Part shown: positions 10,684 through 22,400 of the stretch, piece by piece
Numbering within the stretch: position 1 is the stretch's first letter
How the letters are laid out: each line of letters opens with the position of its first letter
Source of the DNA: an uncultured beta proteobacterium
Lineage (GTDB): Bacteria > Pseudomonadota > Gammaproteobacteria > Burkholderiales > SG8-39
NCBI GenBank assembly: GCA_963735025.1
Contig: CAVTJG010000009.1
Coordinates: 744,122 to 808,121 of the forward strand
Direction of reading: 5' to 3'
DNA length: 64,000 nucleotides
Program-made: the position numbers and the translations under genes
Notes under the pieces: model-generated
What the model saw: the letters and a program-made list of their open reading frames with translations, nothing else
The model's database searches: none
What the model was told of the DNA's origin: nothing

Positions 10684-11312
10684 GGCGAGGGTCGTTCGAA
10701 GAGGCGTTGGAAATCGGATGCCCGGGCAGTCACGTCCGGGGCGTCAAAGACTGCGCTGATCACCGCGAGGGCATCGGCGCCGGCGGCGATCACCAGATGC
10801 GCATTCGCGGGGGTGATGCCTCCGATCGCGACGAGCGGCAGCCCGACCGCGCGGCGCGCTTCCGCGAACAGCGCGAGCGGTGCGCGCACCGCCCCGGGCT
10901 TCGTGGATGACGCGAACACGCTCCCGAACGCAACGTAGTCAGCGCCCGCTTCCTTCGCGGCGAGGGCGAGATCCAGACGGTTGTAGCACGATGCGCCGAG
11001 CAGCTTGTCCGGGCCGAGCCGCCGGCGCGCCGCGGCGAGATCGCCGTCCTCGGCGCCGAGATGCGCACCGTCCGCGCCTGCCTCATTTGCGATGTCGATG
11101 TCGTCGTTGATGACGAGCGGTGCATGGTGCGCGCGGCAAAGTTCCGCGAGCCCGCGCGCTTGTTCTCGGCGCAGCGCCCCGGTCGCGTGCTTGCTCCGGT
11201 ATTGGATGGCGGCTGCGCCTCCGGCAAGTGCCGCGCGAACGAGGGTGAGGAGCCGATCGGTGTCCGGCTCCTCTGGCGTGATCGCATACAGGCCGCGTGG
11301 CAGCAATCGCAT
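10680..11312 (-). CDS. thiE: thiamine-phosphate synthase
   Basis: 210-aa ORF (LYAITPEE..., [14 protein letters not shown]). Its stop overlaps the hemL start (ATGA). Confidence 0.9.
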   Translation of the reverse strand: MRLLPRGLYAITPEEPDTDRLLTLVRAALAGGAAAIQYRSKHATGALRREQARGLAELCRAHHAPLVINDDIDIANEAGADGAHLGAEDGDLAAARRRLGPDKLLGASCYNRLDLALAAKEAGADYVAFGSVFASSTKPGAVRAPLALFAEARRAVGLPLVAIGGITPANAHLVIAAGADALAVISAVFDAPDVTARASDFQRLFERPSP

Positions 11313-11315
11313 GAA

Positions 11316-12152
11316 TCAATTCTCGCGCGGCGGCTCGTCGGAGTCGTCGACCGTGCGCGCCCAGAAGAAGCGGTCGGGGATGAGCTGGCCCATGCCCGGA
11401 CGGAAAGCGGCGCGCAGCGCCTGCCACGTGTACTCCTGTGCCTCGCGGACGGCCTCCGGCACCTCCAGACCGTTCGCGAGCGTCGCGGCGATCGCAGACG
11501 CAAGCGTACAGCCCGAGCCGTGGTAGCTCCCCGGCAGGCGCTCCCACTCGTCGGAGCGCACGAGCCCGTCCTCGCCGTAGAGCGTGTTCACGACTCCGGG
11601 CGTGCCGTCGTGGGTGCCGGTGATGAGCACGTATTCCGCGCCGAGCTCGAGCAGGCGCGCAGCGCAATCTGCAAGCGGAAAGTCGTCGTCGTCGTCCGCC
11701 TGCACCAGCCGCCGCGCCTCGATACTGTTCGGCGTGAGCACGGTTGTCTGCGGGACGAGGAGCTCGCGCATGGCGGCGATCACGTCTTCCGTGGCGAGAT
11801 CGTCACCCCGGCCCGAGGCGAGCACGGGGTCGAAGACGAGGGGCACGTCCGGGTAGTCCGAAACGACCTCGGCGATGGCGGCCACGTTCTCGACGCTGCC
11901 TACCATGCCGATCTTGAATGCAGCGACCGCCATATCCTCCAGGAGGCTGCGGGCCTGATCGACCACCCATTCCGCGTCGATCGGCATCGACTGCTGAACG
12001 CCGGCGGTGTCCTGAACCGTGAGCGCGGTCACCACCGAGAGGCCATGGCAGCCCAGCGAGCCGAGGGTCAGCAGGTCGGCTTGCAGACCGGCGCCCGAGG
12101 TCGGGTCCGAGCCGGCAAACACCAGAACGAGTGGTGGCGCGGGGAGAAGCAT
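11316..12152 (-). CDS. thiD: hydroxymethylpyrimidine/phosphomethylpyrimidine kinase
   Basis: 278-aa ORF with [19 protein letters not shown] and a C-terminal [11 protein letters not shown] motif. Confidence 0.9.
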   Translation of the reverse strand: MLLPAPPLVLVFAGSDPTSGAGLQADLLTLGSLGCHGLSVVTALTVQDTAGVQQSMPIDAEWVVDQARSLLEDMAVAAFKIGMVGSVENVAAIAEVVSDYPDVPLVFDPVLASGRGDDLATEDVIAAMRELLVPQTTVLTPNSIEARRLVQADDDDDFPLADCAARLLELGAEYVLITGTHDGTPGVVNTLYGEDGLVRSDEWERLPGSYHGSGCTLASAIAATLANGLEVPEAVREAQEYTWQALRAAFRPGMGQLIPDRFFWARTVDDSDEPPREN

Positions 12153-12236
12153 CGGGGCGGCCCGACGGACCGAGTGGCGAGCGGCCGCTGCCGCAAGGTA
12201 AGATGTGCGCCGATTTTAGCCCAAACCATTGGTGAT

Positions 12237-12422
12237 ATGACGGAAACTGCTCAAAAGTCGAAGACTTGGATGTGCCTGATCTGCGGATTCCTCTATGATG
12301 AAGCAGCCGGATTGCCCGAAGAGGGCATTGCGCCCGGCACGCGCTGGGAAGACGTTCCCCTCAACTGGACGTGCCCAGAGTGCGGGGCCCGGAAGGACGA
12401 CTTCGAAATGGTGGAGATCTGA
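12237..12422 (+). CDS. rubredoxin
   Basis: The last 61 codons of the long spurious ORF 11061..12422. It has two CxxCG knuckles (WMCLICGF and WTCPECGA). The start is ATG 12237. Confidence 0.9.
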   Translation: MTETAQKSKTWMCLICGFLYDEAAGLPEEGIAPGTRWEDVPLNWTCPECGARKDDFEMVEI

Positions 12423-12614
12423 CCTGCGGGCGGTCCCCCCGCCCCAATTCCCCGACCGAGGCGCTTTTCACACTTCAGAAACTGCGTTAAAAAGTTGTCC
12501 GAAGCTATGATTCCCACATAGCCATTCGGCCCGGCCGTCCATTAGAATTCCTCGACGCGCTAGCCTTGCGCGGGGGTGGAGTTTCCCCGCTGCGGGCCGA
12601 ACAGGAGACTCCGA

Positions 12615-13013
12615 GTGGGCGATACGGCCAATAGTCTTGACGGGACCAAGGTGATGGTGATCGATGACTCGAACACCATTCGCCGCAGCGCTGAAATTTT
12701 CCTGATGCAAGCCGGATGCAAGGTGATCCTTGCCGAGGACGGCTTCGACGCGCTCGCGAAGATCAGCGACCATCAGCCCGACATCGTCTTCTGCGACATC
12801 ATGATGCCGCGCCTGGACGGCTATCAGACCTGCGCGTTGATCAAGAAGAATCCGCGCTTCGCCCAGACACCCGTGATCATGCTCTCGTCCAAGGACGGTC
12901 TATTCGACCGGGCGCGCGGCCGCATGGTCGGATCCGACGAGTACCTGACCAAGCCGTTCACGAAGGACAGCCTGTTGAAAACCGTCGGCGCGCACACGCC
13001 CAGCCGGGTCTGA
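12615..13013 (+). CDS. pilG: twitching-motility response regulator PilG (CheY-like)
   Basis: ORF 12576..13013. An SD (AGGAG, 12603-12607) favours GTG 12615. The sequence KVMVIDDS...DIMMPRLDGYQTCALIK...SSKDGLFD...LTKPF is collinear with the PilG I recall from Pseudomonas. Confidence 0.85.
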   Translation: MGDTANSLDGTKVMVIDDSNTIRRSAEIFLMQAGCKVILAEDGFDALAKISDHQPDIVFCDIMMPRLDGYQTCALIKKNPRFAQTPVIMLSSKDGLFDRARGRMVGSDEYLTKPFTKDSLLKTVGAHTPSRV

Positions 13014-13033
13014 GATTCTAGGAGAAGCACGCC

Positions 13034-13399
13034 ATGACCGTTAACAAGATCCTGGTCGTCGATGATTCGCCGACCGACCGCCAGTTCATGACGGAGACCC
13101 TGTCGAAAAAGGGTTACAAGGTGGTCACTGCGGATAGCGGCGAGGCGGCCGTCGAAAAAGCGAAGACCGAATTGCCCGACCTGATCCTGATGGACGTGGT
13201 CATGCCGGGACTGAACGGCTACCAGGCCACGCGTGCCATCACACGCGACGAGAAGACTAAGCACATTCCAGTGATCATGTGCACGAGCAAGGGTGCCGAT
13301 ACCGACAAGATCTGGGGAATGCGACAGGGCGCGCTCGACTACCTCGTGAAGCCCGTGGATCCGCAGCAGCTGCTCGCGAAAATCGCGACGCTCAACTAA
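13034..13399 (+). CDS. pilH: twitching-motility response regulator PilH (CheY-like)
   Basis: 121-aa receiver domain (ILVVDDSPTD, MDVVMPGLNGYQATR, VKPV). Confidence 0.85.
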   Translation: MTVNKILVVDDSPTDRQFMTETLSKKGYKVVTADSGEAAVEKAKTELPDLILMDVVMPGLNGYQATRAITRDEKTKHIPVIMCTSKGADTDKIWGMRQGALDYLVKPVDPQQLLAKIATLN

Positions 13400-13430
13400 C
13401 GACCGTAATCACCGGACGCGCTATTCGGCC

Positions 13431-13943
13431 ATGGCGAAACGAATCAGCCTGCGCGAGTTCCAGCAGAATCTCGTGCACCGCCTGGGCGAGGCGGCGATCT
13501 CCACGGAGGCGCCGTCGGCACGCCTTGGCGTGGAGGTGGGCGGCGAGAAATGGCTCATGCGCCTCGAAGAGGCAGGTGAAGTGATGCCGGTTCCCCCGAT
13601 CGCGCCCGTGCCGCTCATGCGCTCGTGGTATCGCGGGTTGACCAATATTCGCGGCAATCTCTATAGCGTCGTCGACTTCGCCGCGTTCCAGGGCGGGATG
13701 GACACGCCGATCACGCCGGAAAGCCGCCTGATTCTGGTGGCGGACCGTTACAGCATGGGCGCCGCTTTGCTGGTGGGGCGCATGCTCGGCCTGCGCAACA
13801 TCAGCGCGCTAGAACGCCAGGCGGACACCCCGCAACACATCTGGGTGAGTGGCTGCTATCGCGACGGCGATGGGGAACTGTGGCGGGAGCTCGGCATGTC
13901 CGAGCTGTTGTTCGACAACGATTTCTTGCAGGCGGGCGTGTAG
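13431..13943 (+). CDS. pilI: CheW-like coupling protein PilI
   Basis: 170-aa CheW-domain ORF located between pilH and the MCP gene. Confidence 0.8.
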   Translation: MAKRISLREFQQNLVHRLGEAAISTEAPSARLGVEVGGEKWLMRLEEAGEVMPVPPIAPVPLMRSWYRGLTNIRGNLYSVVDFAAFQGGMDTPITPESRLILVADRYSMGAALLVGRMLGLRNISALERQADTPQHIWVSGCYRDGDGELWRELGMSELLFDNDFLQAGV

Positions 13944-14059
13944 CCGCCGACACATCCGATCGATTCAAAAGGGGTTAATCGCGTCGCGTCCCGCCCGGTT
14001 TTACGGGCCTCCGCTCCGAGAGGGCTGGCCGCGATGCAGATGAAGGGCTAGGGGGTTAC

Positions 14060-16240
14060 ATGGCAGTCAAGCTATCCGCACTGAACTTGCCGTTCGGCAA
14101 AGGCAAGCCCGAGGCCAAACCGGCCGAACGCAAGGTCGCCGCGAAGCGGCCGACGAAGGCGGCGCCGGATGCGCCGGGACGCGCGGCCGGTGCCGCGCGT
14201 GTCGCCAAGCTCGGGGGCATGGCGATCTCGCGCCAGACCCAGGTGCTGGCGGTGTTGCTCGTCGTTTTTACCGCGGCCGCCGTAGTGCTCACGTTTTTCC
14301 AGCTGCAAGGAGCGACCCAGCACGCGTCACAGATCTCCGCGACCGGCCAGATGGCGGTGCTGTCGCAGCGCATCGCAAACGAGTCGCAGCAGGCCCTGCA
14401 GGGCAATTCGGCGTCCTTCGCCCGACTGCGCGACAGCCGCGAGCGATTTGGTCTCCTGCTCACCTCCCTGGTCAACGGCGGTGAAGTGGGCGGCCTGCAA
14501 TTGCCCGCCGCCTCACAAGGCGATCTCGCAGCCATCGAGAGAGTGAAGGCGATCTGGGAAAAGACCAATCGCGGCGCGGGGCTGATGATCAGCCAGGAAA
14601 AGAACCTGGTCACCCTCGGTCAAGCGGTCAAGACGATCAACAACGATAACCCCACTTTGCTCGATCTCGCCGAGCAGGTTGCGGCGCTCAAGCTGCAGAC
14701 GCAGTCCTCTTCCCGCGAGATCTCGCTTGCCGGACAGCTGGTGATGCTGACGCAGCGGATGGCAAAGAATGCGAACACGCTGCTTGCATCTGACGTCGTC
14801 GACCCGGAGGTGACGTTCCTGCTGGGCAAGGATTCCAACACGTTCCGGGACGTGCTCCAGGGGCTGACCAAGGGCAGCGACTCGCTGCGAATTCCGGCGG
14901 CGCGCGACACCGAGACACTCGAGAAGCTGCGCGAGCTCGACGGGGCCTACGCGAAGTTCCGTCTGTCGATCAACGCGATTCTCAGCAGCCTGCAGCCGCT
15001 GGTGAACGCGAAGCGCGCGGGCGCCCAGGTCGTGCAGGATTCTGCCGCCTTGCTCGGCGCCGTGAATGAGTTGGAGCAGCGCTTCCAGGGTTCGCGCGGC
15101 GACCAGACACTCTATCTGGCGGCCATCGCGCTTTCGATCCTGCTCGTCCTCCTATGCGCGGGCATGATCGCCAAGGCTTACCTGGGCGAGAACCGCCGGC
15201 GGCGCGACGACAGCGAGCGTTTGCGTGAGGATGCTGAACGGGTGAACAAATCCAATCAGGAGGCGATTCTGCGCCTCATGAACGAGATGGGCAGCCTGGC
15301 GGACGGCGACCTGACCGTGCAGGCCACGGTGACCGAGGACATCACCGGTGCGATTGCCGACTCGGTGAACTACACGATTGAGGAACTTAAGGGCCTCGTC
15401 GGCCGGATCAACAGCGCGGCGGCCCAGGTGACGAACGCCACCGAATCCGCCCAGCAGACATCGGTGAAGCTCCTGCAGGCTGCGGAGAAGCAGTCGCGCG
15501 AGATTCAGGAAGCAAGTGCGTCGGTGTTGAAGATGGCTCGCGCCATTAACGAAGTGTCTGCGAGCGCGTCCAAGTCAGTGAGCGTCGCGCGCCAGTCTCT
15601 CGGCGCCGCGCAAAAGGGCCAGGAGGCGGTGCAGAACTCGATCGCCGGCATGAACGACATTCGCGACCAGATCCAGGACACTGCAAAGCGGATCAAGCGG
15701 CTCGGCGAATCCTCGCAGCAGATCGGCGAGATCGTCGAACTGATCTCGGACATTACCGAGCAGACCAACGTGCTCGCGCTGAACGCCGCCATTCAGGCCG
15801 CATCGGCCGGTGAAGCGGGTCGCGGATTCACGGTCGTTGCGGAAGAGGTGCAGCGGCTGGCGGAACGCTCCGGCGAGGCGACCAAGCAGATCGGCGCGAT
15901 CGTGAAGACGATTCAGACCGACACGGGCGACGCGGTGGCCGCCATGGAGAAATCGACGCAGGGCGTGGTCGACGGGGCGCGCCTGTCGGACAACGCGGGT
16001 CAGGCACTGGGCGAGATCGGCGAGGTGTCGCGCCGGCTCGCGCAGCTGATTGAGGAGATCTCGGTCACCGCGCAGGCGCAGGCGCAGGCCGCCGGCGTTG
16101 TCGCGACGTCCATGCAGGACATTCTGAACATCACCCGCCAGACGACCGAGGGCACGAAGCAGACTGCGGTCTCGATCGGCCAGCTCGCCAAGCTTGCGCA
16201 AGAACTGAAAGGCTCAGTGGCGAACTTCAAGCTGCAATAG
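14060..16240 (+). CDS. pilJ: methyl-accepting chemotaxis protein PilJ
   Basis: 726-aa ORF with an N-terminal TM segment, a large periplasmic domain, a HAMP domain and the highly conserved MCP signalling hairpin ([38 protein letters not shown]). Confidence 0.9.
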   Translation: MAVKLSALNLPFGKGKPEAKPAERKVAAKRPTKAAPDAPGRAAGAARVAKLGGMAISRQTQVLAVLLVVFTAAAVVLTFFQLQGATQHASQISATGQMAVLSQRIANESQQALQGNSASFARLRDSRERFGLLLTSLVNGGEVGGLQLPAASQGDLAAIERVKAIWEKTNRGAGLMISQEKNLVTLGQAVKTINNDNPTLLDLAEQVAALKLQTQSSSREISLAGQLVMLTQRMAKNANTLLASDVVDPEVTFLLGKDSNTFRDVLQGLTKGSDSLRIPAARDTETLEKLRELDGAYAKFRLSINAILSSLQPLVNAKRAGAQVVQDSAALLGAVNELEQRFQGSRGDQTLYLAAIALSILLVLLCAGMIAKAYLGENRRRRDDSERLREDAERVNKSNQEAILRLMNEMGSLADGDLTVQATVTEDITGAIADSVNYTIEELKGLVGRINSAAAQVTNATESAQQTSVKLLQAAEKQSREIQEASASVLKMARAINEVSASASKSVSVARQSLGAAQKGQEAVQNSIAGMNDIRDQIQDTAKRIKRLGESSQQIGEIVELISDITEQTNVLALNAAIQAASAGEAGRGFTVVAEEVQRLAERSGEATKQIGAIVKTIQTDTGDAVAAMEKSTQGVVDGARLSDNAGQALGEIGEVSRRLAQLIEEISVTAQAQAQAAGVVATSMQDILNITRQTTEGTKQTAVSIGQLAKLAQELKGSVANFKLQ

Positions 16241-16330
16241 CGAGGCCACGAGACCGCGACGCAGAATCCGCAGAACACGAAACCGCTTGGTCGGCCATGC
16301 AACGCAGGCGCTCGCAAACGAATGGATTTG

Positions 16331-16390
16331 CAAGGGAGCTCGCTCCCTTGTTCGTTCGGGGGATATGCAGGGGGCGGCTCCCCTTGTTCG
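16331..16390. repeat. two tandem GC-rich hairpin units of the GGGGGATATRCARGGGG...CCCTTGTTCG family
   Basis: caagggagctcgctcccttgttcg (16331-16354) is followed by ttcgggggatatgcagggggcggctccccttgttcg (16355-16390). The core motif is shared with 23654-23694 (reverse orientation) and 60489-60559. Confidence 0.65.
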
Positions 16391-16442
16391 TCAAAAGGCA
16401 TTTTTTGAGGGTCCCCCCGGGGCAGTACCGCAGTCCGACTGA

Positions 16443-19400
16443 ATGCGATCGAGCGATAGTGAGAGGAGTGGTTTAACAGTGGCTGGCGAATTCGATATCG
16501 GGCCGTTGACGTGGGTCAAGGGCGAGATCGACCAAGCCCTCGAGAAGTCGCTCGGGTGCCTGCGCGCCTATGCCGCCAATCCGGCCGAGACGACGCAGCT
16601 GAAGTTCTGTCGCACGCATTTTCACCAGGCGCACGGCGCGCTGCAGATCGTCGGCCTGGACGGGGTGACACGCGTCTCGGAAGAACTCGAGGGCCTGATC
16701 GGCGAGACCGAGAAGTCGGGCGCGCCGCCCAAACCCGAGATGCTCGCCGCCGCCGAGCGAACCTACGAGGCCATTTCGGCTTATCTCGATCAGCTGCTCG
16801 CCGGCGAGCCGAACCAGCCGCTGCTGCTCTTTGCCGTGTACCGGGATCTCGCCGCAGCGCGCGGCAAGGATTCCGCGGATCCGGTCGATCTCTACTATCC
16901 TGATCTTTCGCACCGCCCGCCGCGCCGCGAACGCGCACCGTCGGCGCACACGGGCGACGCGCTGATCCAGCACTATCGCGACGCGCGCGCGCGCTATCAG
17001 CGCGGGCTGCTCAAGCTCCTCAAAAAGGATCCGACCGGAGCCGAAGACATGCGCGCCGCAGTGACGGCGGTCGAGGCGGCGCAAAGCGTGCCCGCGCAGC
17101 GCACATTCTGGTGGGTCGCCCTCGGATTCTTCGATGCGCTGGTCGCGCGTGCGATGCCCGACAACCCGACGCTCATGCGCCTGTGCAATCGCATCGAACA
17201 CCAGCTCAAGCGACTCGTCGAAGGCTCGACCAATGTCGCCGAGCGCTTGACGCGTGAGGCGCTATTCGCCGTGGCGCGCGCCCGGCCGGCAACCGAGCAC
17301 CTCCGGCAAGTCCAGGAGACCTTCGAGCTCGCCGGCTCGATCCCCGGCAGCTTCGAGCTGAAATCGGAATCCGCTGGCCAGTTGCCCGGCGTGCGTGCGA
17401 TGCGCGAGCTGGTCACGCAGGCCAAGACCTCCTGGAACAAGGCCGCATCCGGCCACCAGGGAAGCCTTGCCGCGTTCCGCGATCAGACCGCGCAGCTCGC
17501 CAAGCGTGCGGCCGAATCGGGCGACGATCTGTTGAAGGCGCTCGCCACCGATATGGCGATCACCGCAAAGTGGCTCGGCGACAGCCCCGACAAGGTGACC
17601 GACGCGGTCGCCATGGAAGTGGCCACCGCGTTGCTGCTGGTCGAGAACGCCACCGAGAACTACGCGCGCCTCGGCGATGAATTCAAGCAGCAAGTCGCAT
17701 TGATGCGCGGGCGGCTGCAGGGTGTCATGCAGGGCAAGATGCCCGAAGGCGCCGCGCCGGTGCTGGACGAGATGTCGCGCCGCGCCCAGGAACGCCTGCT
17801 GATGAGCCACGTCGTGGGCGAGATCAACGCGAGCCTGCGGTCGGTCGAGCAGGCGCTCGATGCGTTCTTCCGCGATTCCTCCCAGCGCCCCGAGCTCGTC
17901 GCGCTCGACAAGCCGATGCGTCAGGTGCTGGGCGCGTTGACCATGTTGAACGAGGACCGCGCCGCCGCGGCATTGTCCACGTGCGCGGCCGAGATCCAGC
18001 GCTTCGCCTCGCCGGACTATGCGCCAGCCCAGTCCGACTTCGAGCGAGTGGCCGGCACGCTGTCGGGACTCGGCTTCTATGTCGATTCGTTGCAGCACGG
18101 TAAGACCGATTTCGATGCCTTCATGCTGCCGATCGGCGCGCGCAAGGAAGCGCCTGCCGAAGAAGCGGAGACCGCCCAGGCGAGTGCCAGCGTCGAGGCC
18201 GGTCTTGCGAAGGGCAAGCGCGAAGTCCAGGAGCTCTTCGAGCGGTGGAAGAAAGAGCCTGGCGACGCGGCGCTCAAGGCCAAGCTCGAGGAGAATCTCC
18301 AGGCGTTGCAGAAGGACGCGAGCCTGACTGCGGAAGGCGCGCTCGAATCACGCGTCGCCGAGATGCTCGCGGTGCTCAAGAAAAGCGACGCCAAGACGTT
18401 CGATCCGGTGGCCACGCAGACGCTCGAGGGCATCACACCCGCATCCGCCGAGCCGCCGCCCTCGGCGAAGACCGAGGAACTCGTCAGCGCGAGCGCCGAG
18501 AAGGTCGACGCCGAGCTGCTCGCCGTGTATCTCGAGGAGGCGGGCGAGGTGCTCGCGACCATCGGTGCGAGCGTCGAGCAGGTGCGCGGAGAGCTGCACA
18601 ACATCGAGGAGCTGCGCACCATCCGGCGCGGCTTCCACACATTGAAGGGCAGCGGCCGGATGGTGGGACTGACCCGACTGGGCGAGGCCGCATGGGCGGT
18701 CGAGCAGGTGATGAACAAGTGGCTCGAGGAGGAGAGTCCGGCAACGCCCGATCTTCTGCGGCTCGTCGCCGAGGCGCAGTCGTTCTTCGGCGCCGCCGTC
18801 GAGGACCTCAAGTGCGGCGGAGCCGGACCCGACGAAGCCGCGATCGTCGCGCTCTCGCAGCAGGTGAAGTCCGGCGAACCATTGGGGGAAACCGCGAGTG
18901 CCCAATCGGCACCCGTGTCCGCGCCGGAAGCACCTGTCGAGGTGACCGAAGCACCGGTATTTGAAGAACAGGCTGCCGCCCCGGCAATCGAGGAAGTGGC
19001 GGAAGCGCCGGACACTCCGGTAATCGAGGAAGTGGCGGAAGCGCCGGACACTCCGGCAATCGAGCCACAGGAGTCCGTGCCCTTCGAACTTGCCGAAACG
19101 CTCACCGTGCCGCAAGAGTCAGCGCCAGAGGTCGACTTTCCCGCGTTCGAACTTCCCGGCGAGTCGCCTGCGCCCGCAATCGACCTGCCTGATTTCGATC
19201 TTCCGATTGGCGCACCGGAGGCGGAGGTTCTGCAGCCCGCCGCCGCACCGTCCGACGCACCGCCACCGGCCAAGGAGCCGGCACTTGGACCGATCTCGCT
19301 GGACTTCTCCCTGCCGATGTCGACCCTGAATGCCGAACCGGATGCGCAGCAGACGCCGCCGCCTGCCGAGACTCCGCCGGTCGAGGAACTGTTGCCATCC

Positions 19401-22400
19401 GCGATGACACCGGCTGACGACGATGCCGACAATACCGTGCACATCGGCGACGTCGAGCTGTCGCACTCTCTGTACGACATATTCAAGAGCGAATCGCGGG
19501 AGCATCTCGATGGCATCGCTGCCGCGCTGCGCGAGGTCGAGGGCGGGGCGCCCGTCAGCATCGATTTCCGCCGCGCCGCGCACACGCTTGCCGGGATTGC
19601 CGGAACGGTCAATTTCGATGGCATGTGGGCAGTCGGACACGCGCTGGAGCACATGCTTCACCGCGCCCAGGATCGCGCACTCGATGGCGCCGAGCTCGGC
19701 ACCGCGCGCGACGCGCTGGCGAAACTGGAGGAGATGGCCGCGGCGGTTGCCGCCGGTGTCGCGCCGCTTCCGGATCCGGATCTCGTCGCACGAATCGAGG
19801 CGACCGGCGACGCGCTCGCGGACTCGGCGGCGCTCAGCGATCCGGGCGAGAGCGACGATACGCTGACCCTTCCGGGCGGCGCGGGCGACGAAGACGCGCT
19901 CGATTTCACTGCGCTCGCCCCCGAGGGGGAAAGCGCTCCGGCGGCGCCTGCGGCGCCCGCCAATGTCGTGTCCTTCCCCGCTCCCGCGGAGGTTGCCGAG
20001 TCTCCGCCGGCCGACGTCAAGGTCGAGGAGATCCCGGTCGAGCGACGGCGCAGTCCGCGCGAAGAGGCTGCACGGGAGGCGCCGGCTGCGCCGCGCGCCG
20101 AGCACGGTCCCGACGTGACCGTCGAGGAGATTCCCGTCGAGCGGCGTCAACGCCGCCTCGACGACGATATCGATCCCGAGTTGCTGCCGATCTTCCTGGA
20201 AGAGGCGCACGAACTCATTCCGGCGGTGGGACAAGGGTTGCGCGACTGGCGCGCAAGTCCGGAGAACGCGGCCGCGGGCCAGGGTCTGCAACGCGTGCTG
20301 CACACGCTAAAGGGCTCCGCGCGAATGTGCGGTGCCATGGCGCTCGGCGAGCTGACGCACTCGATGGAAACGAAGATCGAGAACGCGATGGCGCTGAAAA
20401 CGCCACCCGACTCGCTGTTCGACGAATTCGACGCGGCCTACGACCGGATGGGTCTGCTCTTCGAACGCATGCAACTTCCCGAGGCGCTCGCCCCCGCTGC
20501 GCCCGAGCCGGCACCAGAACCGGCCGAGCCCGCAGAAGTCGAGCCGGATGTCGAGCCCGTCAGTGAGGCGGCGGCGTCCGAAGTGCCGGATGTCGATGCG
20601 CCGCAGCCGGCGGAGCCCGCTCCCGCGCGCGCCTCCGCCGCCCTCCCCGCGGCACGACCGGCCGGAGTCGAGCCGGACCCTGCTTTACAGACTCGCGCGA
20701 TGCTGCGCGTGCGCGCCGAGGTGATTGACCGGCTGGTGAACGAAGCGGGCGAGGTCAGCATCGCCCGCAGCCGGATCGAGGGCGAGTTGCGCGCCTTGAA
20801 GGGCGCGCTCTCCGAACTCACCGACAACACGAACCGTCTGCGCACGCAGCTGCGCGAGATCGAGATCCAGGCCGAGTCCCAGATGCAGTCGCGCCTCTCG
20901 CAGGTGCAGGAAGTCGAGACGCCGTTCGATCCGCTCGAATTCGACCGGTTCACTCGCTTCCAGGAAATCACGCGAATGATGGCCGAGAGCGTGAACGACG
21001 TCGCCACGGTGCAGCAGAATATTCTGCGTGCGGTGGGCGATGCGGACGGCGCGCTGTCCGCGCAGTCGCGACTCACGCGCGGCTTGCAAACCGACCTGAT
21101 GCGTATCCGGATGGTCCCCTTCTCGAGCGTCGCGGACCGGCTCTACCGCGTCGTGCGACAGGCGGCCAAGGAGACCGATAAGCGCGCAGTGCTCGACATT
21201 CGCGGCGGACAGGTGGAACTCGACCGCTCGGTGCTGGAGCGCATCACCGCGCCGTTCGAGCACATGCTCAGGAATTCGGTGGCGCACGGTATCGAAGCAC
21301 CCGCAACCCGCATCGAGCGCAGCAAGCCCGAGCTCGGCGAGATCAAGATCGAGGTGCGGCAGGAAGGCAACGAGATCATGCTCATGGTGTCGGACGACGG
21401 CGCCGGCCTCAACCTGCCGCGGATCCTCGAGAAGGCGCGTGCGCTGGGCCTCGTCGAGCCCGACCAGACGCCGACCAACGCGGAGATCGCGGATTTCATC
21501 TTCCACCCGGGATTCTCAACCGCCGCCGAAGTGAGCCAACTCGCCGGCCGCGGTGTCGGAATGGACGTGGTGAAGAGCGAGGCGGCGGCGCTCGGCGGGC
21601 GCATCGAGACGCACACCGAGCTCGGCAAGGGCACACGCTTCCTCATCTACCTGCCGCTCACGCTTGCCGTCACGCAGGCGGTGCTGGTTCGCGCCGGCCC
21701 GGTCCGGTTTGCCATTCCGGCGGTCATGGTCGAGCAGGTCCGGCAGGTCAAGACGCCGGAACTCGCCGCCTGTACGGAGTCGGGCGAGGCGCAGTGGCAA
21801 AATCGCAGCTATCCGTTCCGTTACCTGCCGCGCCTGCTCGGTGACTTCGACAGCCTGCCCGAGCAGAAGCGGTTCCACTCGATCATGTTCGTGCGCAGCG
21901 GCGCAAACGTCGTCGCGATCCACGTCGACGAAGTCGCGGGCGCGCAGGAAATCGTGGTCAAGAACACCGGGCCGCTGCTTTCACGCATCGCCGGCATCAC
22001 CGGCGCGACGGTGCTCGGCTCCGGCGAGATCGTGCTCATCATCAACCCGGTGATCCTTGCCGGCCGCGAACCGATCGAGTTCAGCTCGACGGACGCACCC
22101 GTCGTGGCGCGGGAGGAGGCGCCGATCCTCACCATACCGACCGTGATGATCGTCGACGATTCGCTCACGGTGCGCAAGATCACGGGCCGGTTGCTTTCGC
22201 GCGAGGGTTTCCACGTCCTCACGGCGAAGGACGGTGTGGACGCAGTGGAGCAACTGCAGGAGACGCTCCCGGATGTGATGCTGGTCGATATCGAAATGCC
22301 GCGGATGGACGGCTTCGACCTCACTCGCGCCGTGCGCGGCGATCCGCGGCTGCGCCACATTCCGATCATCATGATCACCTCGCGTACCGCCGAGCGACAC

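Noticed and set aside
11061-12236. The first 392 codons of the 453-aa plus-strand ORF that ends in the rubredoxin gene.
   Set aside because: This part is antisense to thiE and thiD and has no motifs. Only the last 61 codons (from ATG 12237) form the rubredoxin.
12153-12236. Possible TPP riboswitch upstream of thiD.
   Set aside because: The spacer is only 84 nt. It lacks the conserved CUGAGA/ACCUGA-type elements on the thiD strand. It is more likely a divergent promoter region shared with the rubredoxin gene.
18077-19654. A 525-aa minus-strand ORF inside chpA, with many similar antisense ORFs across 16.4-22.5 kb.
   Set aside because: It is antisense to the well-supported 2026-aa ChpA ORF. 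The sequence is Ser/Ala-rich with no motifs, a GC-bias artefact.
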